From: Octopus bimaculoides
Lineage: Eukaryota
NCBI RefSeq assembly: GCF_001194135.2
Contig: NC_068982.1
Span: 156,422,690-156,456,018, forward strand
Length of the DNA: 33,329 nt
Direction of reading: 5' to 3'
Within the stretch, counting starts at the first letter, position 1. Each line of letters begins with the position of its first letter. The position numbers were made by a program, and so were the translations under genes. The notes under the pieces were generated by a model. It worked only from the letters and a program-made list of their open reading frames with translations. It made no database searches and was not told the DNA's origin. This document shows, in pieces, positions 12,980 to 24,811 of the stretch.

Positions 12980-13263
12980 NNNNNNNNNNNNNNNNNNNNN
13001 NNNNNNNNNNNNNNNNNNNNNNNNNNNNNNNNNNNNNNNNNNNNNNNNNNNNNNNNNNNNNNNNNNNNNNNNNNNNNNNNNNNNNNNNNNNNNNNNNNNN
13101 NNNNNNNNNNNNNNNNNNNNNNNNNNNNNNNNNNNNNNNNNNNNNNNNNNNNNNNNNNNNNNNNNNNNNNNNNNNNNNNNNNNNNNNNNNNNNNNNNNNN
13201 NNNNNNNNNNNNNNNNNNNNNNNNNNNNNNNNNNNNNNNNNNNNNNNNNNNNNNNNNNNNNNN

Positions 13264-13307
<44 letters not shown>

Positions 13308-13994
13308 TATACCCTCAAAACGACAAATTATATGTATGCGTACACATATATTATATTACTTACTAATAAAATATAAAAGTATGAGTAAAAGAATTGTGTT
13401 GAGAGACGAAAAGCGAATCATTTTTCAGCGTGTGTTTCAAATTGAAAAAAAAAACAAGGAAGAGAAACGAAAAAGTGCGATACGGTACGAGACACGTCGC
13501 CTGACACGACGGTTTAAATATTGTGTAGAAAAAGTTGCAGCCGTCATTTGTCAGCTGGTCGACCCGATGTCGAGTCCCGATCGACCTTTCACAGTCGAAA
13601 GGGTTAAACGGTTTACCATCCATGACAGTTGAATGTGAAAGGCGACAAGCAATGATGCTAAATCTGCGATATGAAATTAAGTGATTTCATCGTGGAATAT
13701 TTCAATGAAGAATTACTGTTGCCATCTACAAAACGAATCATTTTGCGTTTTCATTTTGTTACTTTCAGTGTCTTTTTTTCTTTTGTAGTATTTAATATTT
13801 GACATAATTGTTTTCGCTCTTTTTTTTTTTATCAGAATACACACATTTTTTTTATCGACTCTGTCTCTTGTTCTCGTATTTCTGTACTCATCTGCGTTTG
13901 TGCATGCGTACGTGCATGTATGTAAATAATATACATATATACATATATACATATATACATATATACATAGATACATACATACATATATGCATAT

Positions 13995-14066
<72 letters not shown>

Positions 14067-14319
14067 GTATGTATATATGTATATATATATGTATGCGTGC
14101 ATGCGTGCCTGTGTGTATGTATGTATGATTTAATTTATACAAGCGAATGAACAAACAAAAGAAAGTAGCACTCAGCACATCAGTCCAATTGAGTTTTATG
14201 CTGCTCCGCATTACTTAAAGTATCGTATGCGTAGGAGTCGGGCGGTTGAAAATCTGGTGATGCTTACTACTTACACCCAACGAAACTTTATAATGCGGTG
14301 CTGAGTCAAACTGTTATTG

Positions 14320-14351
<32 letters not shown>

Positions 14352-15297
14352 CATGCATGCATACATTAAAATACATACTCAAAGATAAACGCATGAATTA
14401 TTTTACAATGATATATACAAATTGGCGTTAACTCGTTTAGCATTGACCTGTAATAGCAGTCTTTTGTGTTGGAGACAATATAGCCATATAAGTAGCAGGA
14501 CTCCTGGAAATTTGACGGTTTAGAAAATTTCATTCTTTTTATTTTGATGCATAAATTTATATCTTTTTAATATTGTTTGGTAATGTTAATCTTTTTATGG
14601 TAATGAACCTACACAGCAGAGTGAAATTATTAAAAATAAAATCCTGTTTCGTAGTGATTTATCATTTGAAGAATAAATCATCCTTGATTTTGTTTTCTTT
14701 CTTGAACTTTACTCAAATTAAACTCTTCTCCATTCACCTTTTCACTTCCTATTCAATTACTTTTCCGAAGTTCACCTTAGTGTTCTAACCGCTGCACATC
14801 GCTTATTTTAATTCTGCCCTACTTCTTTCTCTTGACATTATCGCCTTATCATCTCGCTGCTCACTGCTTATTCTCCCTCATTGCATCTCTTGATTTTCCC
14901 TTTGTTGACGTAGAGACCCTAAGTTGCCTTCTCTGTACATTAGTCTGTAACTTTTTATTTCCATCCATTATTCTTCCTTCATCATTTGCCTTTATGGTGT
15001 CATTCTCTCTCTTGTTGCTTCAACTTTTCGATTTCTTTCTATAGCAAACGTTGTTTAAATGTGAAGAGAGAATAAGATTTGGCCTGCGAAAATGTACAGG
15101 ACTGGTAAAATGGTATGAAAACATAAAAGAGAACGTGTAATTAAAACACCTTCCTTGATGCCTTACGGTTTTATTCTCCGTGAGAGTAAAAAAAGAATTG
15201 GAAAATATTTTCCTTCTCAAACAAATGGATGTTTTCGAACAAAACTAGTAGAATGTACATGGAGAAAAATTGTAATAGATAGAATTAGTATTCAGTT

Positions 15298-15473
15298 AAT
15301 CCAAAAATACGTACCAAACTAATTGTAAATCCTGGAACATCCATGTAAATCATTGTTTCAAGGCATTAAGGAAGGTGTTTTAATTACACGTTCTCTTTTA
15401 CGTCAACAAAGGGAAATACGTACCAAACTAATTGTAAATCCAAAAATACGTACCAAACTAATTGTAAATCCTG
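15298..15473. repeat. Patchwork of local templated copies: 30-bp unit x3 plus inverted 41-bp and 18-bp copies
   Basis: AAAAATACGTACCAAACTAATTGTAAATCC at 15303-15332, 15414-15441 (28 bp) and 15442-15471. 15360-15400 is the reverse complement of 15124-15164, and 15399-15416 is the reverse complement of 14895-14912. Confidence 0.9.
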
Positions 15474-15745
15474 TGAGTGTGGTGAATCCATAACTGAGTA
15501 TAAATGTAAACAAATCGGTTTTGACAAGTATTATACGTATAACCAGTCTGACAAGATGATTGGTGGAACCGTCATTTAGCATTGCATGGATTTACTTGTT
15601 TCTTTTTATATAATCCGGCATTTTGACTACTGTAACAATCTCACAAATTATCGAAACGATCGTAACTGATTAGTAAATGTAATGTCATCATCTGCATTCG
15701 TTTGTTTGTTTACCATATACATATATAAAATACACACATATACGG

Positions 15746-15754
<9 letters not shown>

Positions 15755-15841
<87 letters not shown>
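15755..15841. repeat. (GT)n microsatellite
   Basis: Read directly from the sequence. Confidence 0.98.
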
Positions 15842-15843
<2 letters not shown>

Positions 15844-16249
15844 TTATAAGTTTAATTTTGGAATAAATTACAGAATTCATTACAGAGAGTAAAGAGTATT
15901 AATATCTATATCATTCATTTAGCTAGAGTGACTCAAGATTCTAGAGTTTCATGACGATGCACTCTACACTCACACGTATGAGCTTACAACTAAATACATA
16001 CAAACATACACATACATACACAAATATATAATACATACACACATGCATACATACATATTAGCAAGGCTAAAATTTAATTACTGATTTAAGGTTTCTTACT
16101 TCCTATGAAGACAAGTGTTGAATAGGTGTGACATGGAAACAAAACAATGTCAAATTAATCACCTTTTGCGTGAAGAGTATCTGATTTAGTAACAACTAAC
16201 TTCCAAAGCAATTGACACCGATATCTATGTAACAATAACACTAATGATG

Positions 16250-16334
<85 letters not shown>
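16250..16334. repeat. (AAT)n microsatellite
   Basis: Read directly from the sequence. Confidence 0.98.
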
Positions 16335-16335
<1 letters not shown>

Positions 16336-16761
16336 TACGAAAACTAAACTCTGTACAAATAAACAATATTAAAAGTTTGGTTGGACGTTTCACTTTGAAA
16401 TAAGTATTCTGTGAATTTTTACGAGTTCTTTCTCATTAAGGAAATTTCCAAATAATTTTGCTTCCACATAGTCGTACAGTTAATTTGTGATATTTATATT
16501 TCTTGCATTAATCAGTGTTCCTTTTGCTTTATATTTGTATGCTGGGTTGTTTATATTGTTTTGTGTTGTTTTGTTGGTTACACGCTTGAGAATATCGAAA
16601 GGTGGTACTAATGATATTGGCTAGCAAATTGTGATTCTTCCATACTACCGGTTCAAGTTTATTTTAAACCGATCTTACTACAACCTATGTTGTACACCTG
16701 TAGTACGTATGCATACACACATACACACACATACACACACACGCACATACAAACGTACATA

Positions 16762-16803
<42 letters not shown>

Positions 16804-16868
16804 TTTGCCTGGTATGCAATTATGTGCGTATACATATTTATATATGTATATGCATATAAATATTTGTG

Positions 16869-16900
<32 letters not shown>

Positions 16901-18000
16901 NNNNNNNNNNNNNNNNNNNNNNNNNNNNNNNNNNNNNNNNNNNNNNNNNNNNNNNNNNNNNNNNNNNNNNNNNNNNNNNNNNNNNNNNNNNNNNNNNNNN
17001 NNNNNNNNNNNNNNNNNNNNNNNNNNNNNNNNNNNNNNNNNNNNNNNNNNNNNNNNNNNNNNNNNNNNNNNNNNNNNNNNNNNNNNNNNNNNNNNNNNNN
17101 NNNNNNNNNNNNNNNNNNNNNNNNNNNNNNNNNNNNNNNNNNNNNNNNNNNNNNNNNNNNNNNNNNNNNNNNNNNNNNNNNNNNNNNNNNNNNNNNNNNN
17201 NNNNNNNNNNNNNNNNNNNNNNNNNNNNNNNNNNNNNNNNNNNNNNNNNNNNNNNNNNNNATATAGGCATTCATATATCTTTATATAACCAAATGATTTT
17301 TATATTTTTACATATATCATTTGTTTTTATTATTTTCTTTCAGTTTTCAAACATTGCTAACATTGCAATAAGAGTGGGGAAGCCGTTAAACGAGTTTTAA
17401 AACTCCTTGGTAATAATTCTCATTTTCATTGTTTTTCATTCAAACTTCTAAAAGTTATTTTTCCTCAACAACAGAGCATATTAATATTTACCTTGAAATT
17501 CAGATTCACATCACCTACCAGTGAGCCTAAGCATTCGAAACCTTCATTTAAAACTGTTCTTATTGTTTTTTTTTATTGTTATTGTGTCTATTTACGTATC
17601 CGTTTCCTTTTCCCAATAACTTTGTTTCTTTTATTTATATTTATATTTCTATATTTACGTCTTTAAAACCCACACACATAATCATGAAAGTTTTCCCTAA
17701 AATTCCCGGGAAATTCTTAATTTCGCCAAGTTGTGAAAAACAACTCCTCGGAGGTGTGGAATTAGACACGGTTAGGTCAGAATAGGTATGATTTCAGCAA
17801 TCACAATGTGTACGCCATATTTGAACTTCTGACAACTAGAATTTCCCTGATGTCGAAATGTTTACCTATCAGGTAAGTTTCATATACACTAATTAGGGGA
17901 AATTATATTATATCTTGTTTAGTTTGACTTACTTATTACTTCCAGTATTGAGAATTGGACAATGTTTCTTTGTCTAATTCAATTTCAACTACACACACAC

Positions 18001-18042
<42 letters not shown>

Positions 18043-18198
18043 ACACACACACACAGATGCATACATGCATACATACATACATACATACATACATACACAT
18101 ACACACATATATAGACATTTGTGAATGTGTATATGTATGTGTATATTTATGTGTACGTATCTATCTGTCTATTGTATTTGTGTGTATGTATCTTCAGG

Positions 18199-18231
<33 letters not shown>

Positions 18232-18409
18232 CTCTGTGTGTGTGCGTGCGTGTATATATGTGTGTATATGTGTGCGTGTGTGTGTGTGTGGGTGTATTAA
18301 TGTTTGTGTTTATGCTCAGTTATAATAAAAATAATTTTCCATTAGGCAGAAAGATTACTCTATGCTTTGTTGAATACAAATTTATTATTCTTAAGCAAGA
18401 TTATTATGG

Positions 18410-18453
18410 ACAATGACTTCGAAGTTTCGACCAGCTAAGCATCGTCGGACTGC
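18410..18453 (-). ncRNA. Decayed type I hammerhead-ribozyme motif (Penelope type)
   Basis: Minus strand reads GCAGT-CCGACGA-TGCTTAGCTGGTC-GAAA-CTTCGAAG-TC-ATTGT. It has a palindromic stem III, a GUC triplet and a 5-bp stem I with 2 G:U pairs. Core U4 is changed to C and stem II is disrupted. Confidence 0.5.
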
Positions 18454-19333
18454 AATGGATTGAAGTTAATCTATCGAGGTAACCTGTTAATCCTTGAGTC
18501 TGTGGGTTTCAGTGGAGTGGTAATTAAATTGTAGAGTAGGGTGTAATGGGGACGTGTTTTGGAGAAATGCTTATTATCGATATATATATACGCACACGCG
18601 CGCGCGCGTATGTGTGTTTACGTGTGTGCGTATGGATTTATCCGCCTATATGTCTATATATGTGTATATCTATCAATATGTACGTATATTCATATAAGTA
18701 TATAAATTTGTGCATATATGTGTATGTGTTTATGCGTATGTTTGTGTGTTCGCTGACATATATATGTATATCTATATATGTGTGTATATATAAATATATA
18801 TATGTATGTATACTCAATCACACGTTCATATGCACACATGTCTATGTATCTGAATATGTGCGTATGTCTCTGTGTGTTTGTGCACTTCACCGATGACGTT
18901 CATTGAAACTGGTCGGTAAGTATAGAACAAGTACTTATATTGAGCATTAAAATTGATAATTATTCTAGCAGCTAACAATAACCCCATTTCCAGCTAATGA
19001 CTGTGTCTTTTCAGAAACGACGTCGGTGTCACCTTGGTACTTGTAATTCCTGATTCAAAATATAGTCTAATTTTTTCTTAAAAGTAATATAGTATATTTT
19101 ATCACTCCTATAACATACAACTTTCCTTTGGAGGGTAGAAGCAATGATTCATTGTGACAAAATAGAAGCCATAGTTCAATATAAAGCAAACAGTGAATAT
19201 TCAAATCAAATTAAAGTTTACTGATCTCTATTATATTTATGAGAAGGATATTCGTCTCCTTATCTTCTGTATTATTCGTCAGTATAAAGCCTAAGTCAGC
19301 TGTTCAACTCTAGTTCAATTATCGTATATCATA

Positions 19334-19515
19334 TAGGAGGAGGCAGGAATGTGTGCAGGAGAAGATCGCTTTGCAGCCAAGTTGTTTCTGGTTCAGTCTA
19401 CTCTACAAGACCTTGTGTAAGTGGATTCTCTCACAGTCGCAAGCAGAGAAATATCTTGTGAGTAAATTGGCAGACGGAAACTCTGTGAATGCAAATCGTA
19501 TTTCTGTGTGTATGC
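19334..19515 (+). mobile_element. Highly diverged 5' half of a family A SINE
   Basis: GGTTCAGTC, ACCTTGTGTAAGTG and CTTGTGAGTAAATTGGCAGACGGAAACT are collinear with 30829-31000. Confidence 0.75.
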
Positions 19516-20384
19516 GTCCATTTCTTCTTCATCACATTACAGCCAGTATTGGTTTGTTTATGTCTTCGTAAATAAGTTGTTTTGCATAAAGTGTCCGATA
19601 GTATATGCAACAATCTCAGAATAAGCACTGGGGCCAATTCCATTTGACTAAAGTTTACAAGGCTGCTTTCGCTACATCATGGCTACAGTTTTTTCAAATG
19701 AAAAAGAAGAAAAACAAAGCGTTTTTTTGTTTTCTCATCAATCTAGATTTAGGTATCGACATCTTTATATCTTATCTGTATACCTCATGGACAATTATAT
19801 TTATATTACTATTGAATTTACGTTACGTTACAAATTATATTCTAGTATATACTCATTATATGGTCTGTCTACATTATGAAATCCTGTAGTAATTTTGGTT
19901 TGACATTTTCCTAAAACAGCATATAACAACTGAATTGAAATGTCTCAAGATCAATTTGCTTTACATCTTATTGGCATTGAAAGTACCAGTCAAGTACTAC
20001 GATCTATGCCCACTCCATCAAAATTGTTGGTCTTGTGGCAAACGTTTTGGGGTAATTATGAATGTGGCGGGATATCAGAACAGTTAATGTCGGACAAAAT
20101 GCTGGCTTCCTTTGAAAATTAGAGATAATTATTATTATTTGATTATCATCGTTTGGTTTATGAGAAATGTTACTGGATAGAAAAAACATGAATGTTAAAT
20201 TCACTTTATCTCAGTGTTCATAAATATTCTGTTTTAATAACAGATATACTTTCTTTTGCTTCATCATTTATCTGAATTTCATCTCTACATTTTAGACTTT
20301 GTAAACAGAGAGGATGTATAACATAAAACAGAATTATCATGCAAGAATTGTGAATGAAATTTATCAAACGTCCTATATATGTAA

Positions 20385-20423
<39 letters not shown>

Positions 20424-22376
20424 CATACATATATACATAGATATATATATACGTATATATATATATATATATGTTTACATACATATCGGTATCACTTAAT
20501 ATGTGTTGTGAAACGCTACTAGCTGCAGTAGTTCGTCTAAGGAAGTTCCCTATAGTGTTAAAAGACAGAGCTTGATGACATAAAATCTCCGCAGAAGTGA
20601 AGCCTCAAACCGATTGTGTAATTTTCGAATGTCACTTCTCCTGTCCATTTGATAACAAGTGCCTAATGAACAACATTGTCTATTGATGTGTCGTTACTAC
20701 AAGTCAAGGTGGATGGATTTTAGGTCCAAAGCTATTGCTGTTTCGTATGACCTCTAGCACATCATTATATGGTAATTAGGAAATTAAAGAGGAACTTAGT
20801 TGAGTACAATATGATATATTCGATTGTTCAGCGTGATTATAATAATAATTATAATAGTGATTATAAAGTGATTATAATAGTGAGTGCTCATTATGCATGG
20901 TGGAGAGTATGATGATAACATAACCATAACAGTAATGACACCATTATTGATAGATTTGAAGGACTTATTATGAGTTTTAAACATGAATTACGCAACACCT
21001 TCCTCCACTACAAACCTTACTTCCCATTTAATATTACTCAGTAATGTTATTGTAGTTCTGGTAGTTTCGTAAAGAAATTCACTTTCGTCGCAAAATAACT
21101 CATTAGGAAATGTATGCATAGATTACGCAATATATTCCTCCGTTACAAACCCAAACTGCTATTAAAAAATTCCTTACACTATTTATTTTTACTTACTGAA
21201 AATTTCGTAAGGAACCAAGCATTCCCTTCCCGCTTCTAGGTCCGTGCTTTACCTTTTTAGCATTATTTAGCGTTATTATGGCGTTCCCTGGTAGATTTCC
21301 GCCTAAGTTTATCAAATAACATACTAAACTCTGCATTCTTCACTGCATCTCAATGTTACTATTACTTAGCGATGTGGGGAGCTGTTTGAAATTAGTAGAG
21401 TTCCCACATCTTCCCTCGTACTTCCTTTATGTTTTCTTTTATTTTTTTCACTATATGCCAAAATCCCTTAAACGTACGTATATGCGCTTGTGATTTTGGT
21501 GTGTATGAATTCATGCGTCTATAACTATACATGTAAATTTGTTCACCTTTCTCATTTCAGCTTTTTTGTCGCTAGATTCTTTATTTCTGACATTAACTAT
21601 AATTATCTTTCAGCGTACGTCTACATATATGCTTATTGGTGTATGTTTACAGATATTATTGTTATTGAACTTGTGTAGTATTAGTTTGTAAAGATTTACG
21701 TTTAAGTGTGTATGGCCCGGTACCTATATATTACCTATTTTCTCATTCTTTTATTGTTTTGGTATATGAGTAATGGCTATGTACATAATTTGTATATTTG
21801 GCCATGTGTATATCAAAGAATATATANNNNNNNNNNNNNNNNNNNNNNNNNNNNNNNNNNNNNNNNNNNNNNNNNNNNNNNNNNNNNNNNNNNNNNNNNN
21901 NNNNNNNNNNNNNNNNNNNNNNNNNNNNNNNNNNNNNNNNNNNNNNNNNNNNNNNNNNNNNNNNNNNNNNNNNNNNNNNNNNNNNNNNNNNNNNATATAT
22001 ATATATATATATATAAGAGGGCTATATATATATAGGAATGTATGTATGTATATATATATATATGTGTGTGTGTGTTTATTTATATGTGTATCTATAGTTA
22101 TATTTATATACTGATATGCTTCGTTTGCATACATCTACATAGTTTCTCCTTTTTCTATGTGTTTTGGGCTTGTGTATTAATGTGTGTATACATACAATCA
22201 ATCTACTATCGGTACCTTACTTTGCCTTATTCTTTTTCTTTGTTATTTTTCATTTTCCCTTTTTTTCCTCTTCTCAGTATTTTCCTATATGAGCTTCTAT
22301 TACTCTTATTTACATATCTTTAGCAATAAACATCCCAGCTTTTGGCCTGTCGACTGCACGTTATTGACGCCATACA

Positions 22377-22927
22377 TACGAGGGTGAGTCAAAAAGTAAT
22401 GCTATTTTGTTTAGGAAAGGTATAATTACCAACACAGGAACATGTATCATGCATCAAATGAAGCTGGTCCTCTGTGGATCACATCCCTACTTCTCAACAT
22501 AGTTACCGTTTCTCTGAATAGCAATGTTCCACCTTCGAATGAGAGCTTGTATCGCTGCCCCGTAAAATTCTGTTGACTGTTCTTTGAGCCACTTCTTCAC
22601 TACAGTTTTCACTTCCTTGTCACTGGAATAATATTTGCCTCTCAAGCCCTCTTTTATGAGGTCGAATAGATGATAGTCCAGTGACGAGGAAGTGAAAACT
22701 GAAGTGAAGAAGTGGCTCAAAGAACAGTCAACAGAATTTTACGGGGCAGGGATACATGCTCTCATTCGAAGGTGGAACATTGCAATTGAGAGAAACAGTA
22801 ACTATGTTGAGAAGTAGGGATGTGATCCACAGAAGACCAGCTTTATTTTGATGTATGATACATGTTCCCGTGTTGCTAATTATACCTCTCCTAAACAAAA
22901 GGCATTACTTTTTGACTCAGCCTCGTA
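22377..22927. mobile_element. Non-autonomous mariner-derived fold-back element (249-bp inverted arms, 49-bp spacer, TA target duplication)
   Basis: Arms 22379-22627 and 22677-22925 are about 93% complementary, with TA at 22377-22378 and 22926-22927. Minus strand reads DYHLFDLIKEGLRGKYYSSDKEVKTVVKKWLKEQSTEFYGAAIQALIRRWNIAIQRNGNYVEK*, the mariner DD34D transposase C-terminus. Confidence 0.95.
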
Positions 22928-23438
22928 CATTAACGAGATTATAATCTTCTGCAGTCACTACACTAATTTGTGTGTGCTGATAACGAAATGAACCACTATC
23001 CAGTCTATATCGTTACGAAAATCCGTGAGTAGGGCGCACCAATAGTTCTCTGCGGATTCCAGTCTCCACTCTCACATTTTCATATTCTTTCTGTTAATCC
23101 GGCTTTCTTTTGTATTCTCCATTACGAACAGTAACGATATCTTTGCGCCATTGCTGCTACAGAGAAAGAGCATTCAAAACTCCTTCATATCACACCATAC
23201 TGCCAGAAAAAGAAAATATAAAGAAAGTATAAAATTCTTGGGGCAATGTCTTTGGTTGCAAAGGTAAGATATTCAACGCTAGAATGTTTTAATCAATTAG
23301 CCCGCTTAGTTTGGGCTACCCGGGACAAAATTTTAAGAAACACAGGTCAACAAAGGAAGCAATATATGATCGCTCAAATTCATAGAAGTACCAGTTAAAT
23401 CTCTCTTAAACAAAGGAACGACACATTTGGTAATATAA

Positions 23439-23519
23439 TTATATAACAAAAACATCAGGGCCTTCATCGTCGGAACGCGGTTCATAACGTACAGCGTTTG
23501 AGCGTTTACATTTGACGAT
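23439..23519 (-). CDS. Putative terminal coding exon (IVKCKRSNAVRYEPRSDDEGPDVFVI*) of an unrecognised small protein
   Basis: Strong acceptor AATTTAATTGTTATTTCTTACAG. The phase-0 frame is CpG-rich and ends at TAA where the DNA turns AT-rich. ATTAAA lies about 145 nt downstream (23288-23293). No homology recognised. Confidence 0.4.
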   Translation of the reverse strand: MVKCKRSNAVRYEPRSDDEGPDVFVI

Positions 23520-23951
23520 CTGTAAGAAATAACAATTAAATTCCGTGAAAAACACACCATACTATATTTACAATTGTACAATCGAATAATGCTCATCAGA
23601 GTAGACTATATCTGAAATAAATGCAGGAGGGCCGAGATCGGAATATATTTCAGCATAGGTTTGGTCGATCAGGACTATCATGAACTTGGGAAAACAACTG
23701 ATATATAATTCTGATCTCGAGTTCATTGCCAATGACTAAAGATTGTCCGTGTATATGCACAACTTCTCAAACTCGAAGACACATCATGTTAGTTTTTACT
23801 TTGTATATAATTGAAATTCGCATTTCAAACGATTAGCCCATATTGAGATGATGCATTCTCAACGACAGATTTTGGTTTGTTTATTTTCTTATTAATAAGA
23901 TTCATGGTAAAGTATACTTCATATTTACTCATACATACATCACTTTCTTAC

Positions 23952-23997
23952 AATAATATAATATAATATAATATAATATAATATAATATAATATAAC
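23952..23997. repeat. (AATAT)n pentanucleotide microsatellite
   Basis: Read directly from the sequence. Confidence 0.95.
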
Positions 23998-24778
23998 ATG
24001 ATATATAAATATATATANNNNNNNNNNNNNNNNNNNNNNNNNNNNNNNNNNNNNNNNNNNNNNNNNNNNNNNNNNNNNNNNNNNNNNTATATATATATAT
24101 ATATATATATATATCTTTATACATATAAATGTTCGTCTTATTATTTTAACTAATGGGTTTTGTTCTTTCTCTGTTATTTTCCTCCGCTATTGTTGTAATA
24201 TTCTATTTTATAATGAAAAGTTAAAACTTCTAGAACAATACATTACTGTTATATTATGCATTAATAAGCTCTAATAAGGTATTATATAATACGAAAAAAG
24301 TTTAATATATGAAAGTGCATGAGTGTACATACACACATATATATGCTATATACATATTTACACACATATGTATATATATATATATATGGAGTTTTCTATT
24401 TCTTTGAAAGTATGTGTATATTTAAGTAAGTACACACACTCACACATACACACGCTCACACATACACACACCCACACATACACACACTCACACATACACA
24501 CACTCACACATACACACATACATATAGGTTTATGTGCATGTATGTATGGATGTGACAGAGAATCATAATTATCTTGTTTTTTTTTTTTACTCTGTGTGGA
24601 AATGCTTGTTATATTCGCCAACACTGCGCATGTCCCAAGCTATCTTGTCATTAGACACTGTAATATTTGTTAGGTATTGTGTGCACTCGCCTACATAGAA
24701 GTCGAACAAGATTACATTTCCTGACTTCCAAATAAAATAATACACAACAAACCAGCACAAAAGTAAAAGCGGAATACA

Positions 24779-24811
<33 letters not shown>

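Noticed and set aside
13597-13606. AAAGGGTTAA resembling a piggyBac terminus
   Set aside because: No partner TTAACCC end found nearby, and a 10-bp match is expected by chance.
17799-17878. Perfect + strand donor CAG|GTAAGT with possible 75-nt or 33-nt exons upstream
   Set aside because: Weak acceptors, no recognisable peptide and no phase-linked partner exon.
18884-18921. Hammerhead-like GATGA..GAAACTGGTC with complementary flanks
   Set aside because: The core lacks C3/U4 and there is no stem II.
19005-19040. CTAATGA..GAAACGACGTC hammerhead-like string
   Set aside because: Core G5 is mutated and stem I does not form.
21371-21410. Inverted GATGTGGG pair resembling a Su(H)/CSL paired site
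   Set aside because: The left site is mismatched (TGTGGGGA) and the spacer is 20 nt instead of the usual 15-17.
23163-23270. + strand 101-nt open exon candidate ending AAG|GTAAGA (or MSLVAK start)
   Set aside because: No recognisable product or linked exons, and it conflicts with the better-supported minus-strand model.
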